In this document: piece after piece, positions 1-7,795 of the stretch | Position numbering within the stretch: the stretch's first letter is position 1 | How the letters are laid out: every line of letters starts with the position of its first letter | Virus record (IMG/VR): IMGVR_UViG_3300044728_000136 | From: a virus | Strand: one strand, 5' to 3' | Length of the DNA: 64,000 bases | The notes under the pieces: model-generated | Told to the model about the DNA's origin: nothing | What the model saw: only the letters and a program-made list of their open reading frames with translations | The model's database searches: none | Position numbers and translations under genes: made by a program

Positions 1-737
1 TTGGTGCAATTGAATGCACCGCGCTTCCACAGCCAGTGAAGGTCATACTTGAAGTTGGCTCCTTTCAGACGGATGTAGGGACACCGCAACAAGAATTCAA
101 CCTGCTCACGGAAGGCCGGATCAGAAAGTCTCTGGCTCTCGTGCATCCGATCTATGAACCGAACGACGTCCGCTTGGCCTTTCTGATGGGTGGCTTGCAT
201 CGAGACAATGTAGGCTCCGGGGAACGGCGGATTGAACACCGGTTCCGCATACGGATCGAGCCCCAGCGTTTCCAAGTCTTTCGACAGATCCACGGGTTGC
301 CCCGTGGCTGTGTGTTGTCGCTCGATAGCTGTGCAGAGGTCGGAGAAGTCTTGGACATAACGATACTGGCCGTACACCGGAGTCCACTTGCCCGTCAGAC
401 AGTAGCGGAGGGCCAGTGTGACATCTGTCAACAGGTCCACGTAGTAGCCGTGGTCAATTTCCCCGATCTCGGGACTGTACGACACCAGCACCGGTATTCC
501 ACCTCGCATCTGGGGACGAGTCCGGTAGGACGTGGTGGTGCGATTCTTCGCGATCAGTTTTTCTTCTTGGAGCTTCTTCAGTGCATCAGTACCCAGTGCG
601 AGGATGGTCGTGGTACCTTCCGGCACGGTGTAATCGTTCACCACCTTCACAGACACTTCGGGGACCGGACGTAACACCTGAGACAGGTGGTGGAACACCT
701 TGGCCGAAGGGGTCTTCGACCACACGGTGAGAAGCAT
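1..737 (-). CDS. Family-A DNA polymerase-type protein, N-terminal part with 3'-5' exonuclease motifs (partial, continues past window start)
   Basis: Own translation of the minus frame from ATG 737-735 (AAGGAG 5 nt upstream) stays open to base 1. It contains DLETLGLDP (Exo I DxE) and GANFKYDLHWL (Exo II). It is not in the ORF track because it is open-ended; + ORF 36..674 is its antisense shadow. Confidence 0.65.
   Translation of the reverse strand, partial: MLLTVWSKTPSAKVFHHLSQVLRPVPEVSVKVVNDYTVPEGTTTILALGTDALKKLQEEKLIAKNRTTTSYRTRPQMRGGIPVLVSYSPEIGEIDHGYYVDLLTDVTLALRYCLTGKWTPVYGQYRYVQDFSDLCTAIERQHTATGQPVDLSKDLETLGLDPYAEPVFNPPFPGAYIVSMQATHQKGQADVVRFIDRMHESQRLSDPAFREQVEFLLRCPYIRLKGANFKYDLHWLWKRGAFNCT
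5..18. repeat. 14-bp quasi-palindrome copy TGCAATTGAATGCA (1 mismatch)
   Basis: Inside the polymerase-like CDS (codes AFNC). Confidence 0.7.
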
Positions 738-739
738 GC

Positions 740-1138
740 TTACTCCTTCGCGGATGACCCATCATACTCCACTTTCGTCCACTTTTCGGCTTCGTAACGG
801 AAGATACCCTTGATCGCCGGGGCGAATTCCAGCATCCGATCCTTGACCGTGGTCCCGGCAAACCCGGTCTTCTGTCCGCACTCTTTCAACGTGGTCATGT
901 GCAGGACAAACAAGAAATTCTCCTTCTCACGGATAACCACATACAGCCGGAGCGTCCGTTCAATGGTCACCCAGAACCCTAGCTCGGTCGTGCTCATGAC
1001 GTCGGACTCGACGTCAATCCGCTGGTCCACTCGCCACGGTCCCATGAATAGCGGGTGCATCTCGGAGGCCACCAGACGGCCCTTGACGAGATGCAGCGTC
1101 ACGCCCAGTGTGTCGGCGGCAAAATACGGGAGGTTCAT
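740..1138 (-). CDS. hypothetical protein
   Basis: ORF track, 132 aa. GAAGGAG lies 5 nt upstream of the ATG; ATGA overlap with the upstream stop. Confidence 0.55.
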   Translation of the reverse strand: MNLPYFAADTLGVTLHLVKGRLVASEMHPLFMGPWRVDQRIDVESDVMSTTELGFWVTIERTLRLYVVIREKENFLFVLHMTTLKECGQKTGFAGTTVKDRMLEFAPAIKGIFRYEAEKWTKVEYDGSSAKE

Positions 1139-1404
1139 GACGGCTCCTTCACCGACTTCACAGAGAGCGTCAACTTCTCTTCATCCTTGGTGATGACCAC
1201 ACCCTGACAGATCGGTTGGCCACAAAACAATCCCACGAATTCCCAGTGGCTATCGCTCCGGCCTGTACAGACCCACTCCACGTCCAAAGGGATAGCAGGG
1301 AAAAGGACATTCTTGCGAATGTCCCCCAGTGCAATTGATTGCAGGTATTTCAACTCTTCAATCCCTGCGGGCGACTCAGCCTTGAGCGTATCACGGTGCG
1401 TCAT
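1135..1404 (-). CDS. hypothetical protein (89 aa)
   Basis: Track ORF 1135..1611 trimmed to ATG 1404 (MTHRDTLK), which forms a TAATG overlap with the upstream stop. Confidence 0.5.
   Translation of the reverse strand: MTHRDTLKAESPAGIEELKYLQSIALGDIRKNVLFPAIPLDVEWVCTGRSDSHWEFVGLFCGQPICQGVVITKDEEKLTLSVKSVKEPS
1330..1343. repeat. 14-bp quasi-palindrome copy TGCAATTGATTGCA (perfect)
   Basis: Inside CDS 1135..1404 (codes LQSIA). Confidence 0.8.
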
Positions 1405-2369
1405 TACGCCTTCTCCGCGATGATCAGGTTCGTGCCCGTCATCACCGTGGCCTTCCACGCGATGCCCGTGCCGAACAGGAAGGCCCCCACCACACGCTCC
1501 ACCGGGACGCCTGCGGCTTCGAAGTGAATCGAGCCGTAGCTTTGACCCATCTTCAGTTGGAGGCCGGAATCTTCCAGCTTCTTCAGTTCCGCTGTCGGGT
1601 TGTCCGTCCACTCCGCACGGATGGAAATCGAACCCGTCTTGTAGAGCCGTGCGGCGAGCTTCACATGATCCGTCAGTGCCACCGTGTAGTAAACGCTCCC
1701 CGGGCTCGTGCCGTGAACCTTCTGTCCTACGGCCTTGGCGTTCTTCAGGTCAATCACCGCGTCCACGGGTGTAGCAGAGAAGGTATCCGATCCCCAAGAC
1801 GCCCCTGTGGGGCTCCCAGCGGGCTCCAACTTGACGTAGGCACCCGCCGCCGACAGGCTGTCAGCCACCGTCTTGGCGTCCCCTGCGGGGAAGGTACCGA
1901 GGTTCACCGGAGCATGCAACGACGCTTCAACGGTTTGCTTCGCGTCCTTCAACTTCATCGCCGTCGCTGTCATCACCGCCTTGATGACAGGGATCTTTTT
2001 TTCCAGACCCGCAAAGCCCGTCAGCAACACATACATCGCCGTTGTGGCCTTCGTGATGGGTGTCTTTGCCGTAGCAACCGGCGAGCCGTGATCCGCATGA
2101 ATCTTGTTGATCCAGTCGTAGATGAGCACCTTGTTGGAGGCGACCACGTTGACGTCCCCCATGTGCTTCATCAACGACGTCGTTCCGCACGTCAGCTTGA
2201 CATGCGAAATGGACTTGCCGCCGACGTATGCCCGCACGCCATACAGGGACACTTCGAACGTCACCCCTGTCCCCAGAAGGGCCTTGACCTTTTCGGTGAT
2301 GGGATGGATCGGCCCGAACACCGTGCTAAAAAAGACCAACTGAGCGTCTGTGCTTACCGTGAATGCCAT
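1404..2369 (-). CDS. protein with an embedded ribosomal bL12 (L7/L12) C-terminal-like domain
   Basis: Start set to ATG 2369 (AAGGAG + 8 nt). KKIPVIKAVMTATAMKLKDAKQTVEA...AGDAKTVADSLSAAGAYVKLE aligns by eye with the bL12 CTD [24 protein letters not shown]...[20 protein letters not shown]. The gene has its own promoter. Confidence 0.65.
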   Translation of the reverse strand: MAFTVSTDAQLVFFSTVFGPIHPITEKVKALLGTGVTFEVSLYGVRAYVGGKSISHVKLTCGTTSLMKHMGDVNVVASNKVLIYDWINKIHADHGSPVATAKTPITKATTAMYVLLTGFAGLEKKIPVIKAVMTATAMKLKDAKQTVEASLHAPVNLGTFPAGDAKTVADSLSAAGAYVKLEPAGSPTGASWGSDTFSATPVDAVIDLKNAKAVGQKVHGTSPGSVYYTVALTDHVKLAARLYKTGSISIRAEWTDNPTAELKKLEDSGLQLKMGQSYGSIHFEAAGVPVERVVGAFLFGTGIAWKATVMTGTNLIIAEKA

Positions 2370-2404
2370 GCTGCCCACTCCTTGAGCGAAACTGAACTAG
2401 AGAC

Positions 2405-2433
2405 AGTGTAGCACACTGCCCCCGGTTTGTCAA
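2405..2433 (-). promoter_or_regulatory. sigma70-type promoter TTGACA-17-TACACT
   Basis: Minus strand: -35 at 2433..2428, -10 at 2410..2405; about 35 nt upstream of ATG 2369. Confidence 0.6.
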
Positions 2434-2437
2434 AACA

Positions 2438-3145
2438 TTACTTCTTCTTGCCCTTCCAGAGGCTCCGGCTGGATGCCATCGGTTCGAAGGTCTTCGTGGC
2501 CTTCGTGAAGCCGTCCAGAAGCGTTCTGCGGGGCTTCTCCTTGGCCTTGGCCGTTCCCCTCGGGGGATAGAAGTCAAACGTGTGCGTGTCATCTGACGGC
2601 TTGCTGGACGTCATCTTGAGCACCCCACCGGACTTCGTAGGAGTCACCGTGGTGACATGGTAGTGCTTCATCAGGAACTGGACTTGCTCTCGCGACTCGA
2701 CGGCTCTCTTGCAGTAGTGCTTCCGGACGTATTGTATCGCATCCGTCTCGCCCAGTGCCTCAGCCACAATCGCAGAGAGCACCGTGCCTGTCCGACCGTG
2801 CCCACCGATACAGCCGACGTGGACGGACTTGCCATCCTGCAATTGACTGCACAACCACGTCACCATCTTCTTAAACCGTGACACGTTTGAGGGGACACCC
2901 ATATCGTTGATGCTGTACTGCACCTCGACTCGGGCTTGCTTCTCCCACGGATCCGACTGCCGCCCGCCCATGTCCCCCTTCTGAAGGACCACGTAGACGT
3001 CCAGATCACTCTTCACCGGGCTGAAGGCCGCTCCTCCGTAGAGCTTGCCCTTGCCCACCTTCAGCACCGGGTGTGACTCGTAACACCTGACGGCGAGGTT
3101 GGTGCCCTTGAAGGCACCTTCCATCTTGCTATCCCACGTCGCCAT
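2438..3145 (-). CDS. Cys-based dual-specificity/PTP-like phosphatase (CX5R)
   Basis: HVGCIGGHGRTG P-loop, INDMGVP acid loop and an ESREQ motif. TAATG overlap with the upstream gene. Confidence 0.7.
   Translation of the reverse strand: MATWDSKMEGAFKGTNLAVRCYESHPVLKVGKGKLYGGAAFSPVKSDLDVYVVLQKGDMGGRQSDPWEKQARVEVQYSINDMGVPSNVSRFKKMVTWLCSQLQDGKSVHVGCIGGHGRTGTVLSAIVAEALGETDAIQYVRKHYCKRAVESREQVQFLMKHYHVTTVTPTKSGGVLKMTSSKPSDDTHTFDFYPPRGTAKAKEKPRRTLLDGFTKATKTFEPMASSRSLWKGKKK
2838..2851. repeat. 14-bp quasi-palindrome copy TGCAATTGACTGCA (1 mismatch)
   Basis: Inside phosphatase CDS 2438..3145 (codes CSQLQ). Confidence 0.7.
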
Positions 3146-4278
3146 TACTTTTCCAACCTTTCATAGGTGGTAACCGTTTGATTCGGATACACTTGCCACG
3201 AACCAGTCACCTTGACCTTCTTGCCGTGGACGTGGGTCAGCGTGGGTGTCGGAGGGGGAGGAGGCGTCACCGGAACGGCCTTCTTCACCGTCGCCTTCGA
3301 CTTCACCGCCGCCTTCACGTACTTCGACGGATTGTCCTTCTTCTCTTTCTCGGGCCGCAAATCGCTTACCAGTTGCCAGTCCACATGGCCCTTGATCGTG
3401 GGGTTGCCGTTGGCATCCAGCGGGCAATGCGTCTTGATCAACTCCACAGCGGCAATCGCCTCGGGCGTCTTCTTGACGTGCATCGTATTGGACTCCAACA
3501 TCAGGTCCAACATCTGACCAGACCGTTGCACGTCGAGTACCGTCATCAAGGCTGATGCATTTTGGTTCGCGTAGATCTTCACCTCAGTCTTGTTGAAGAT
3601 GGGTCCACCGTTGTGTGCCAGCGTATAGCCCGTGTCAACCAACATCTCCATCGAGGTGACGCCCGTAAGCATCGCTGTCGCCGCATCCGTCACATGGCCC
3701 CACTTCGGCCCGCCATAGCTCTCGACTTCGCCACACCACCCGTCAGCCTTGTGGAACCCGTACGACAGGGCCTTCATGTAGGTCACAATCGGAACCATGG
3801 GGGGCGCATGCATGTACTTGTGCATGGCCGTTTCTTCGCCACCCTGAGAGGTAATCGCGTTCAGGAATACCCGCATTTCAGGTCCGAATTCATCTTCGAC
3901 CTTCGTCCAGAACATCGGGGACGGCGCACCGTGCGACTTCAGGTGGCGCATTTCACGCACGGTGATGCAGAGGATGTAATGCAGCATCCGCTCACCTTGC
4001 GTCATGCACACGTCCGTGTAGTTCGTCATGATGGTTTGCGCCCACTCCGGCAAGGGCTCATTCACCGTGAAGAGCCCTCGGACGATACTCGCGCAGTGGT
4101 TCAGCGTGTAGAACAACACCGCATCGTTTTCAGGCGACTCGTATCCGTCGCCTATTTTCGTCTTGTACTTCAACGTGGCATCCGCGAACACGCCAGTCGG
4201 CAGAGCCGAGAAGTCATGCGTGCGAGCTTGATATGCCGCGTTGAAGTAAGCCAGTGTGTTCTTCGGACGGTGCTTCAT
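3145..4278 (-). CDS. hypothetical protein (377 aa), no family recognised
   Basis: Track ORF 3145..4287 (TTG) trimmed to ATG 4278; AAGGAG at 4296..4291. Lys/Pro-rich C-terminal tail (PPPPPTP). It sits between the two phosphatase genes. Confidence 0.6.
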   Translation of the reverse strand: MKHRPKNTLAYFNAAYQARTHDFSALPTGVFADATLKYKTKIGDGYESPENDAVLFYTLNHCASIVRGLFTVNEPLPEWAQTIMTNYTDVCMTQGERMLHYILCITVREMRHLKSHGAPSPMFWTKVEDEFGPEMRVFLNAITSQGGEETAMHKYMHAPPMVPIVTYMKALSYGFHKADGWCGEVESYGGPKWGHVTDAATAMLTGVTSMEMLVDTGYTLAHNGGPIFNKTEVKIYANQNASALMTVLDVQRSGQMLDLMLESNTMHVKKTPEAIAAVELIKTHCPLDANGNPTIKGHVDWQLVSDLRPEKEKKDNPSKYVKAAVKSKATVKKAVPVTPPPPPTPTLTHVHGKKVKVTGSWQVYPNQTVTTYERLEK

Positions 4279-4313
4279 GAGACTCAATCACTCCTTGATT
4301 GACTAACAGAACC

Positions 4314-4343
4314 AGTCTACCACGACAGTCAGGAATTTGTCAA
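4314..4343 (-). promoter_or_regulatory. sigma70-type promoter TTGACA-18-TAGACT
   Basis: -35 at 4343..4338, containing the TGA stop of CDS 4340..4882; -10 at 4319..4314. Confidence 0.55.
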
Positions 4344-4882
4344 ACGCTGTAGTCGCCAGACGCCTTCTGCTTGAGAACCGTCGTCTGCCCGTTCTTCAGG
4401 CTCAGAGGCATCCGCGTCAGGTTCGTCTTCCAGAACCGCAACCACGCCATCCTGCGGGCTCGCTTGACCTTCCGCCGTAGGGGAGGGGTGATCGTGAACC
4501 GCTTGACGTAGAGGTACTGTTCGGGCGTCTCCACAGCGTGGGAGTAGTAGTTCGCTCGCACAAACTCCACCGGCTTCTTGATGCCGAAGGACTTCGCCAG
4601 AACCGCCAGAAACAGCCCTGTACGCCCCTTGCCGCCCATGCAGCCCACGTAGACAGGTTCCCCGGCCAGAATCAGGTCCAGCGCCTTGCTGAGGCCCCTG
4701 TAGAGGGTTTTCCGGTCTGGGGTCTGAAAGTCCACCGTGGGGATATCGACGGCGCATGCCGCCTTGATCTCCTTGGCCATCTTGACCCCTTGCATGGTCT
4801 TCGGGCACTCCGCAAACGGACCCCCCGTCACCACGAAATACTGCCACCGATTCAACGCGATCTTCAACGTGCCGAGAGCCAT
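4340..4882 (-). CDS. second Cys-based dual-specificity/PTP-like phosphatase (CX5R)
   Basis: VYVGCMGGKGRTG P-loop, DFQTP acid loop and an ETPEQ motif. Paralog-like to 2438..3145. Confidence 0.7.
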   Translation of the reverse strand: MALGTLKIALNRWQYFVVTGGPFAECPKTMQGVKMAKEIKAACAVDIPTVDFQTPDRKTLYRGLSKALDLILAGEPVYVGCMGGKGRTGLFLAVLAKSFGIKKPVEFVRANYYSHAVETPEQYLYVKRFTITPPLRRKVKRARRMAWLRFWKTNLTRMPLSLKNGQTTVLKQKASGDYSV

Positions 4883-4918
4883 GTAGGAACCTCACTCCTT
4901 GAGAAATGAACGGACTTC

Positions 4919-4947
4919 AGTATACCACCAACACCGCGATTTGTCAC
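4919..4947 (-). promoter_or_regulatory. sigma70-type promoter GTGACA-17-TATACT
   Basis: -35 at 4947..4942, containing the TGA stop of 4944..5267; -10 at 4924..4919. Confidence 0.5.
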
Positions 4948-5267
4948 GCGGAGAGATTCAGAGCCGATGCCGTTGTGTCTTCAATCGCCCGGGACACTTG
5001 CCCCGCCCAACCACACGCCTTGCACCCCTCGCCGTCACAGTCATCGTGTTCTTCCAGCATCCGGGTGGAGCCTCGTCCGATCTCCACGAGATCGAAGTAC
5101 TGCATATCCAACAGGACATCATCCTTGATCACGAACAACCACTGCGAGTATCGACGGTTACATCCTCGGATCGACGTGAACGCCACTTCATCCAGAATCC
5201 GATACAATTCATCGGCAGAGATCTGTTCGGCCTCCAAGACACGGAGGACTTTCGCGGAGATCTGCAT
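4944..5267 (-). CDS. hypothetical protein
   Basis: ORF track, 107 aa. C-terminal DDCDGEGCKACGW. Confidence 0.5.
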   Translation of the reverse strand: MQISAKVLRVLEAEQISADELYRILDEVAFTSIRGCNRRYSQWLFVIKDDVLLDMQYFDLVEIGRGSTRMLEEHDDCDGEGCKACGWAGQVSRAIEDTTASALNLSA

Positions 5268-5269
5268 GA

Positions 5270-5533
5270 TTACCGTCGCTCTCCTTTCGGATGTTCGACA
5301 CGAGAGATTCGAATGGACTTGGGCGCGTGGAAGGCCAGTCGATTGCCCCCCACACCCGTTTGCACCTTCACGTTCGGCAAAAGCTCCACAGCCTTCTCTT
5401 CACTCACCATAATCTCTTGGCCTTGGTCAATGGTCACGACCACAATGTTCGGGGCCACCAGAGCCTTGACTTGAAGGAGATGCCCGCCGATATCGATTCG
5501 ACTGCCAACCCCCACACCGATTGATAGAGCCAT
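5270..5533 (-). CDS. small protein, possibly CsrA-like fold
   Basis: VGSRIDIGGHLLQVKAL and GGNRLAFHAPKSIRISRVE resemble CsrA VGETLMIGDEVTVTVLG and [20 protein letters not shown], but the two segments are split by a ~30-aa insertion. The functional call is weak. Confidence 0.45.
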   Translation of the reverse strand: MALSIGVGVGSRIDIGGHLLQVKALVAPNIVVVTIDQGQEIMVSEEKAVELLPNVKVQTGVGGNRLAFHAPKSIRISRVEHPKGERR

Positions 5534-5534
5534 G

Positions 5535-7502
5535 TTACGACACTCCCTTCAGGACTTGCAACGCCATCGGGATAGACAGCATGGACTTCGCTTGCGGCAC
5601 GTAGGTGCCGATGGACACCACGGAGGCCCCTTCGGCTTGCTTCCACGACAACACTCGGGAAATTGCGGGGTCCGTCAGATCCACCCCGTCGAGAATCAGT
5701 TCCTTGTCCGACAGCACCAGCGACCGGAGATCCGCCCCCGGCGTAATCCGAGCGAACGAGAGATGGTACTTCGACTCGGAAATCACCACGAGTCGGCTGA
5801 ACAGATCATGCTCCTTTGGCAGGGCCGCATGCAGCAGGTTGAGTAGCCGTTCGATAGGCGAGAAAGCGTCCACGAGACTCAGGAACCGGGCCTCTTCTGC
5901 GCTGGGCACCAGATCCAGATACAGCTTGCTCACGTAGGTAAGCGTCAGCAATACCTTCTTCGCCGCTTCCTCGGGATTCATCATCGTGTCCCCGAGATAC
6001 AGGAGAGCTTCCGGCATCGGAGTCGTAGGCACGTCGAAGATAATCGGCACAACCCCCAACGTCTGGGTCACCAGTGCGTTGAAATCCTTGATCACGCCGT
6101 TGGTTTGGCCGCTTACAATCGGCACCGCTTCCATCCAGATCCGCCCCGTGGCACCGTCGAGCGTCACCACGTCCGCATCCTTGAAGGATTCCAGCGTGGC
6201 TCCGACACCCACGACACAGGCTCGATCCATCCCTCGGGCCACGACTGCCGCATGACTGGTCATGCCCCCCACCATCGTGATGATGCCCTTGGCCTTCTTC
6301 ATGCCCGCGATATCTTCGGGAGTCGTTTCGTGCGTCACGAGGATGCAGGGCTCCTTGCAATTGATTGCATCTTCCTTGCTGAAGACCGGCTTGCCCGACA
6401 CGATTCCCGAGCATCCCGGGATGCCCGTGAAGGACGCGGGCTTCGTAAACTTGGGGTCAATCGACGCCAGTTGCGCGAGATCGAACTGTCTGGCCGATAC
6501 GCGACTCACCGCCGTCTTCGCATCAATCAGCCCTTGCTTCTCCATATCCACGGCAATCTTGACTGCCGCTGGGGCGCTCCGCTTGCCACTCCGCACTTGC
6601 AGGAGGTAGAGCACCCCGTCTTGCACGGTGAATTCGATATCTAGCATATCCTTCTTCAGGTTTTCCAACTCGATTACGGTCTTGAGCAACGTATCGTGGA
6701 CCGTCGAATTCCACTCAGCCATCGCAGCAAGAGGCTTCGGAGTCCGAATTCCGGCCACGATATCTTCGCCTTGCGCGTTCGGCAGGAATTCACCAGTCAC
6801 CAGCATGCCGCCCGTATCCGGGTTCCGCGTGAAGAGCACGCCTGAGCCCGAATTGTCGTTCAGGTTGCCGAACACCATCGCTTGCACGGTGCAGGCGGTT
6901 CCCCACGCTCTGTCGTAACCGAAGTCCTTGCGGTAGATGTCGGCACGTTCGTTGTCCCATGACTTGAACACAGCCTCGATTGCACCAAGCAACTGAGCCT
7001 TCGCATCCGGAAATTCGTTGCCCGTGCGAGTCGAGTAGGTGTCCAGCGCCACCTTCAGGCTGGACTCCAACGACTCACGACGGATGCCTTCCACGACCGA
7101 CCCATACATCGTGACCAGACGGTGGAAACTGTCTGCGAAGCACTTCGGCCCCAGACGGTTGACCCACTCCGGCATGTTAGAGCCGTCGATCCCCACGTTT
7201 AGGATCGTGTCCATCATGCCCGGGCAGGACACGCGAGCCCCGCTCCGAACGGATAGCAACGGCATGTAGCCGAAGTGCGCTTCCAGCTTCGCGAGATACG
7301 CGGGGAGGGCCTTGGCAATGAGCTTCATCGTGCTCTTGGGCTTCTTGTCGTACTCAGCCCATACGGACGTCGGAATAACAAACCCGGGCGGCACAGACAC
7401 GCCTTGATTGGAGAGCCACAGGAGGCCCGCCCCCTTGCCGCCCAACTCTTCGACTGAGCCGGTCGCTGTCTCGTTTTCGATTCCGAAGGGAAAGAATTGC
7501 AT
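5535..7502 (-). CDS. PPDK-like phosphohistidine dikinase lacking the PEP/pyruvate TIM-barrel domain
   Basis: PPDK ATP-grasp motifs GGKGAGLLWL, RSGARVSCPGMMDTILNVG, NAQGEDIVAGIRTP and LDIEFTVQDGVLYLLQVRSGKR, plus the GGMTSHAAVVARG swivel His. The last ~190 aa show no barrel motifs. ATG 7502 (GGAGTGGAG + 7 nt) is preferred over 7520. Confidence 0.75.
   Translation of the reverse strand: MQFFPFGIENETATGSVEELGGKGAGLLWLSNQGVSVPPGFVIPTSVWAEYDKKPKSTMKLIAKALPAYLAKLEAHFGYMPLLSVRSGARVSCPGMMDTILNVGIDGSNMPEWVNRLGPKCFADSFHRLVTMYGSVVEGIRRESLESSLKVALDTYSTRTGNEFPDAKAQLLGAIEAVFKSWDNERADIYRKDFGYDRAWGTACTVQAMVFGNLNDNSGSGVLFTRNPDTGGMLVTGEFLPNAQGEDIVAGIRTPKPLAAMAEWNSTVHDTLLKTVIELENLKKDMLDIEFTVQDGVLYLLQVRSGKRSAPAAVKIAVDMEKQGLIDAKTAVSRVSARQFDLAQLASIDPKFTKPASFTGIPGCSGIVSGKPVFSKEDAINCKEPCILVTHETTPEDIAGMKKAKGIITMVGGMTSHAAVVARGMDRACVVGVGATLESFKDADVVTLDGATGRIWMEAVPIVSGQTNGVIKDFNALVTQTLGVVPIIFDVPTTPMPEALLYLGDTMMNPEEAAKKVLLTLTYVSKLYLDLVPSAEEARFLSLVDAFSPIERLLNLLHAALPKEHDLFSRLVVISESKYHLSFARITPGADLRSLVLSDKELILDGVDLTDPAISRVLSWKQAEGASVVSIGTYVPQAKSMLSIPMALQVLKGVS
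6356..6369. repeat. 14-bp quasi-palindrome copy (perfect)
   Basis: Inside the dikinase CDS (codes AINCK). In minus sense it is followed directly by AGGAG. Confidence 0.8.
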
Positions 7503-7542
7503 CTTGGGACTCCACTCCATTGGGCGACTTGCTTACTCTCCA

Positions 7543-7571
7543 AGTGTAGCGCACCGATTCTGCTTTGTCAA
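7543..7571 (-). promoter_or_regulatory. sigma70-type promoter TTGACA-17-TACACT
   Basis: -35 at 7571..7566, -10 at 7548..7543; upstream of the dikinase gene. Confidence 0.6.
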
Positions 7572-7616
7572 CTAGCCTCGCCGGTTGGCGGGTGGAAAGT
7601 GTGGCTACGAACCACC

Positions 7617-7646
7617 ACTGTATCAGGGCCGACACCCGTTTGTCAA
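7617..7646 (-). promoter_or_regulatory. sigma70-type promoter TTGACA-18-TACAGT (tandem with 7543..7571)
   Basis: -35 at 7646..7641, -10 at 7622..7617. Confidence 0.45.
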
Positions 7647-7795
7647 GGGGTCTTTTTCTCCCCCATTTTCAGGATCTGGGCGTACGGCTTCTTGACCGGA
7701 GGGGGAATCTCGTTCCACAGGAACCGATCCCCACCCTCGGGGAGCTTGGGCTCCTCGGGCTTCTCGTCTTCCTTTTTGATGATTCTCAGGGCCAT
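7643..7795 (-). CDS. small ORF (50 aa)
   Basis: Own translation: MALRIIKKEDEKPEEPKLPEGGDRFLWNEIPPPVKKPYAQILKMGEKKTP. ATGA overlap with the stop of 7795..9651; its TGA lies inside -35 box 7641..7646. Below the track size cut-off. Confidence 0.35.
   Translation of the reverse strand: MALRIIKKEDEKPEEPKLPEGGDRFLWNEIPPPVKKPYAQILKMGEKKTP

Noticed and set aside
36-674. 212-aa plus-strand ORF at the window start.
   Set aside because: It is the antisense shadow of the minus-strand polymerase-like frame, which carries clear Exo I/II motifs and an AAGGAG-ATG start at 737. Its composition (R/H/G-rich) is not protein-like.
4281-4303. Inverted repeat TCAATCA-ctcct-TGATTGA around the SD of 3145..4278, considered as a degenerate copy of the 14-bp motif.
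   Set aside because: It shares only the central AATCA/TGATT letters and lacks the outer TGCA arms. It was not counted among the 24 copies.
4329-4895. Alternative minus-frame ORFs overlapping real genes, for example 4329..4895, 5806..6414, 21530..22045 and 52197..52697.
   Set aside because: They are out of frame with CDSs that carry catalytic motifs (CX5R, PPDK, RecA Walker motifs). Their composition is low-complexity Arg/Gly/Pro.
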